Under the pieces are notes generated by a model. It saw only the letters and a list, made by a program, of their open reading frames with translations, did not search any database and was not told where the DNA came from. From contig NW_003314291.1 in the NCBI RefSeq assembly GCF_000143415.4, forward strand, positions 1-64,000: a stretch of DNA of 64,000 nucleotides. The letters run 5' to 3'. The translations under genes were made by a program, and so were the position numbers. Of this stretch, positions 63,099 through 64,000 are shown piece after piece. Position 1 is the stretch's first letter; each line of letters starts with the position of its first letter. Source of the DNA: Selaginella moellendorffii (Eukaryota > Plantae > Lycopodiophyta).

Positions 63099-64000
63099 AT
63101 GGGTGCTGAAAAGCTAGTTGTAGTTGTAGGCGCAGGATTGGCAGGTCTGGCGGCCGCTCGAGAAGTGCAATCGCATGGAGTAAGAGTGCTGGTTTTGGAA
63201 GCGTCGGGTGTTCTGGGCGGAAGGATCAAGCAGCTCAATGGGCTCGTGCCGTGGCCGGTTGAGGTACTTCCTTTTTGTTTTGGCTCTCCGTCTAAAACCA
63301 ACTATTTTGTTTGTTGTGTAGCTTGGGCCCGAGTTTCTTCACGGAAAGCAAAACTCGTCCATCGCCCAGATAGTCAACGAGATGGGCTGCACAATGACAG
63401 AGTTCCCCTATCATATCCTTGTCTCGTTTTCCTCTTGTTATGTTTGCCTTGACAACTTGTCACCCGATTTTTATTATGTTGGCAGTGAGAGTAGGCTCCT
63501 AACATCCGAGGAGGCAGAGGACCATTCTGAGATTCAGACTGTGCATGGCATATTTGCAGCACTCGCGGAAGAAACGCATCCATCGCCAGACATATGTATG
63601 GACGAGTTTTTGCGGAGGAATAAAGTGAGCAACACTGTCGTTCAGCTCGCCGAGTGTAAGTGGTGTCCTCGTTTCTTTGGCCTTTTTCTATTTTGCTTTT
63701 CACCAGATAGCTTGTGCTTGCAGCTATTTATGCGAACGATTTTGGCTGTTCGCTGCATCAGCTCGGTGTTGGCGAGTGCATCGAGGAGGCACGGCAGTGG
63801 ATTTACGGTGATACTTACATGCTCCTGGACAGGCCTCTTTCTTCAATCGTGGATCATCTCTCCAAAGGATTAAATGCAGGTGTGGAGTTCTTCCCACGAA
63901 TCAAAACTAAGTTTGTTGCTCTGTTCAGGTGCTGACAAGCCATCCGGTTGAAGACATCACGTATTTTCCAACTGGTGAACTCGAAGTGAAATGTAGAGGA
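63099..64000 (+). CDS. Flavin-containing amine oxidase family protein (3' end outside window)
   Basis: [14 protein letters not shown]...VLVLEA..LGGRI and [14 protein letters not shown]-binding motifs; short introns. Confidence 0.85.

Overview
Eukaryotic (land-plant) genomic DNA; the ~50-70 bp introns, dense genes and TE families suggest a lycophyte such as Selaginella (inference). Bases 1-51.3k are a nest of transposons. (i) Two copies of a Sola-like DNA transposon (24-bp TIR, 4-bp TSD) carry a DDE/D transposase, a divergent second gene with a ParB/Srx-like fold and about 18 copies of a 22-bp palindrome (ATGGCATGAGGCCTCATGCCAT). (ii) A tandem three-LTR non-autonomous retroelement (13268-33780, TSD ACTAT) plus a partial copy. 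(iii) A full-length Ty3/gypsy chromovirus (36394-45981, TSD CTTTT) whose integrase is split by two intron-like inserts. (iv) Three Cassandra TRIM insertions with 5S-rRNA-derived LTRs. (v) Older gypsy and copia-like relics. Bases 52-64k are gene-rich: two 10-Cys hevein-like peptides, a UDP-glycosyltransferase, an ARM-repeat protein, a cytochrome-b5-fused fatty acid 2-hydroxylase, a DusA-type tRNA dihydrouridine synthase, S-formylglutathione hydrolase and a flavin amine oxidase. The best candidate for an undescribed system is the ParB-like protein plus parS-like palindrome array carried by the Sola-like transposon. All family assignments come from motif recognition, not database searches.
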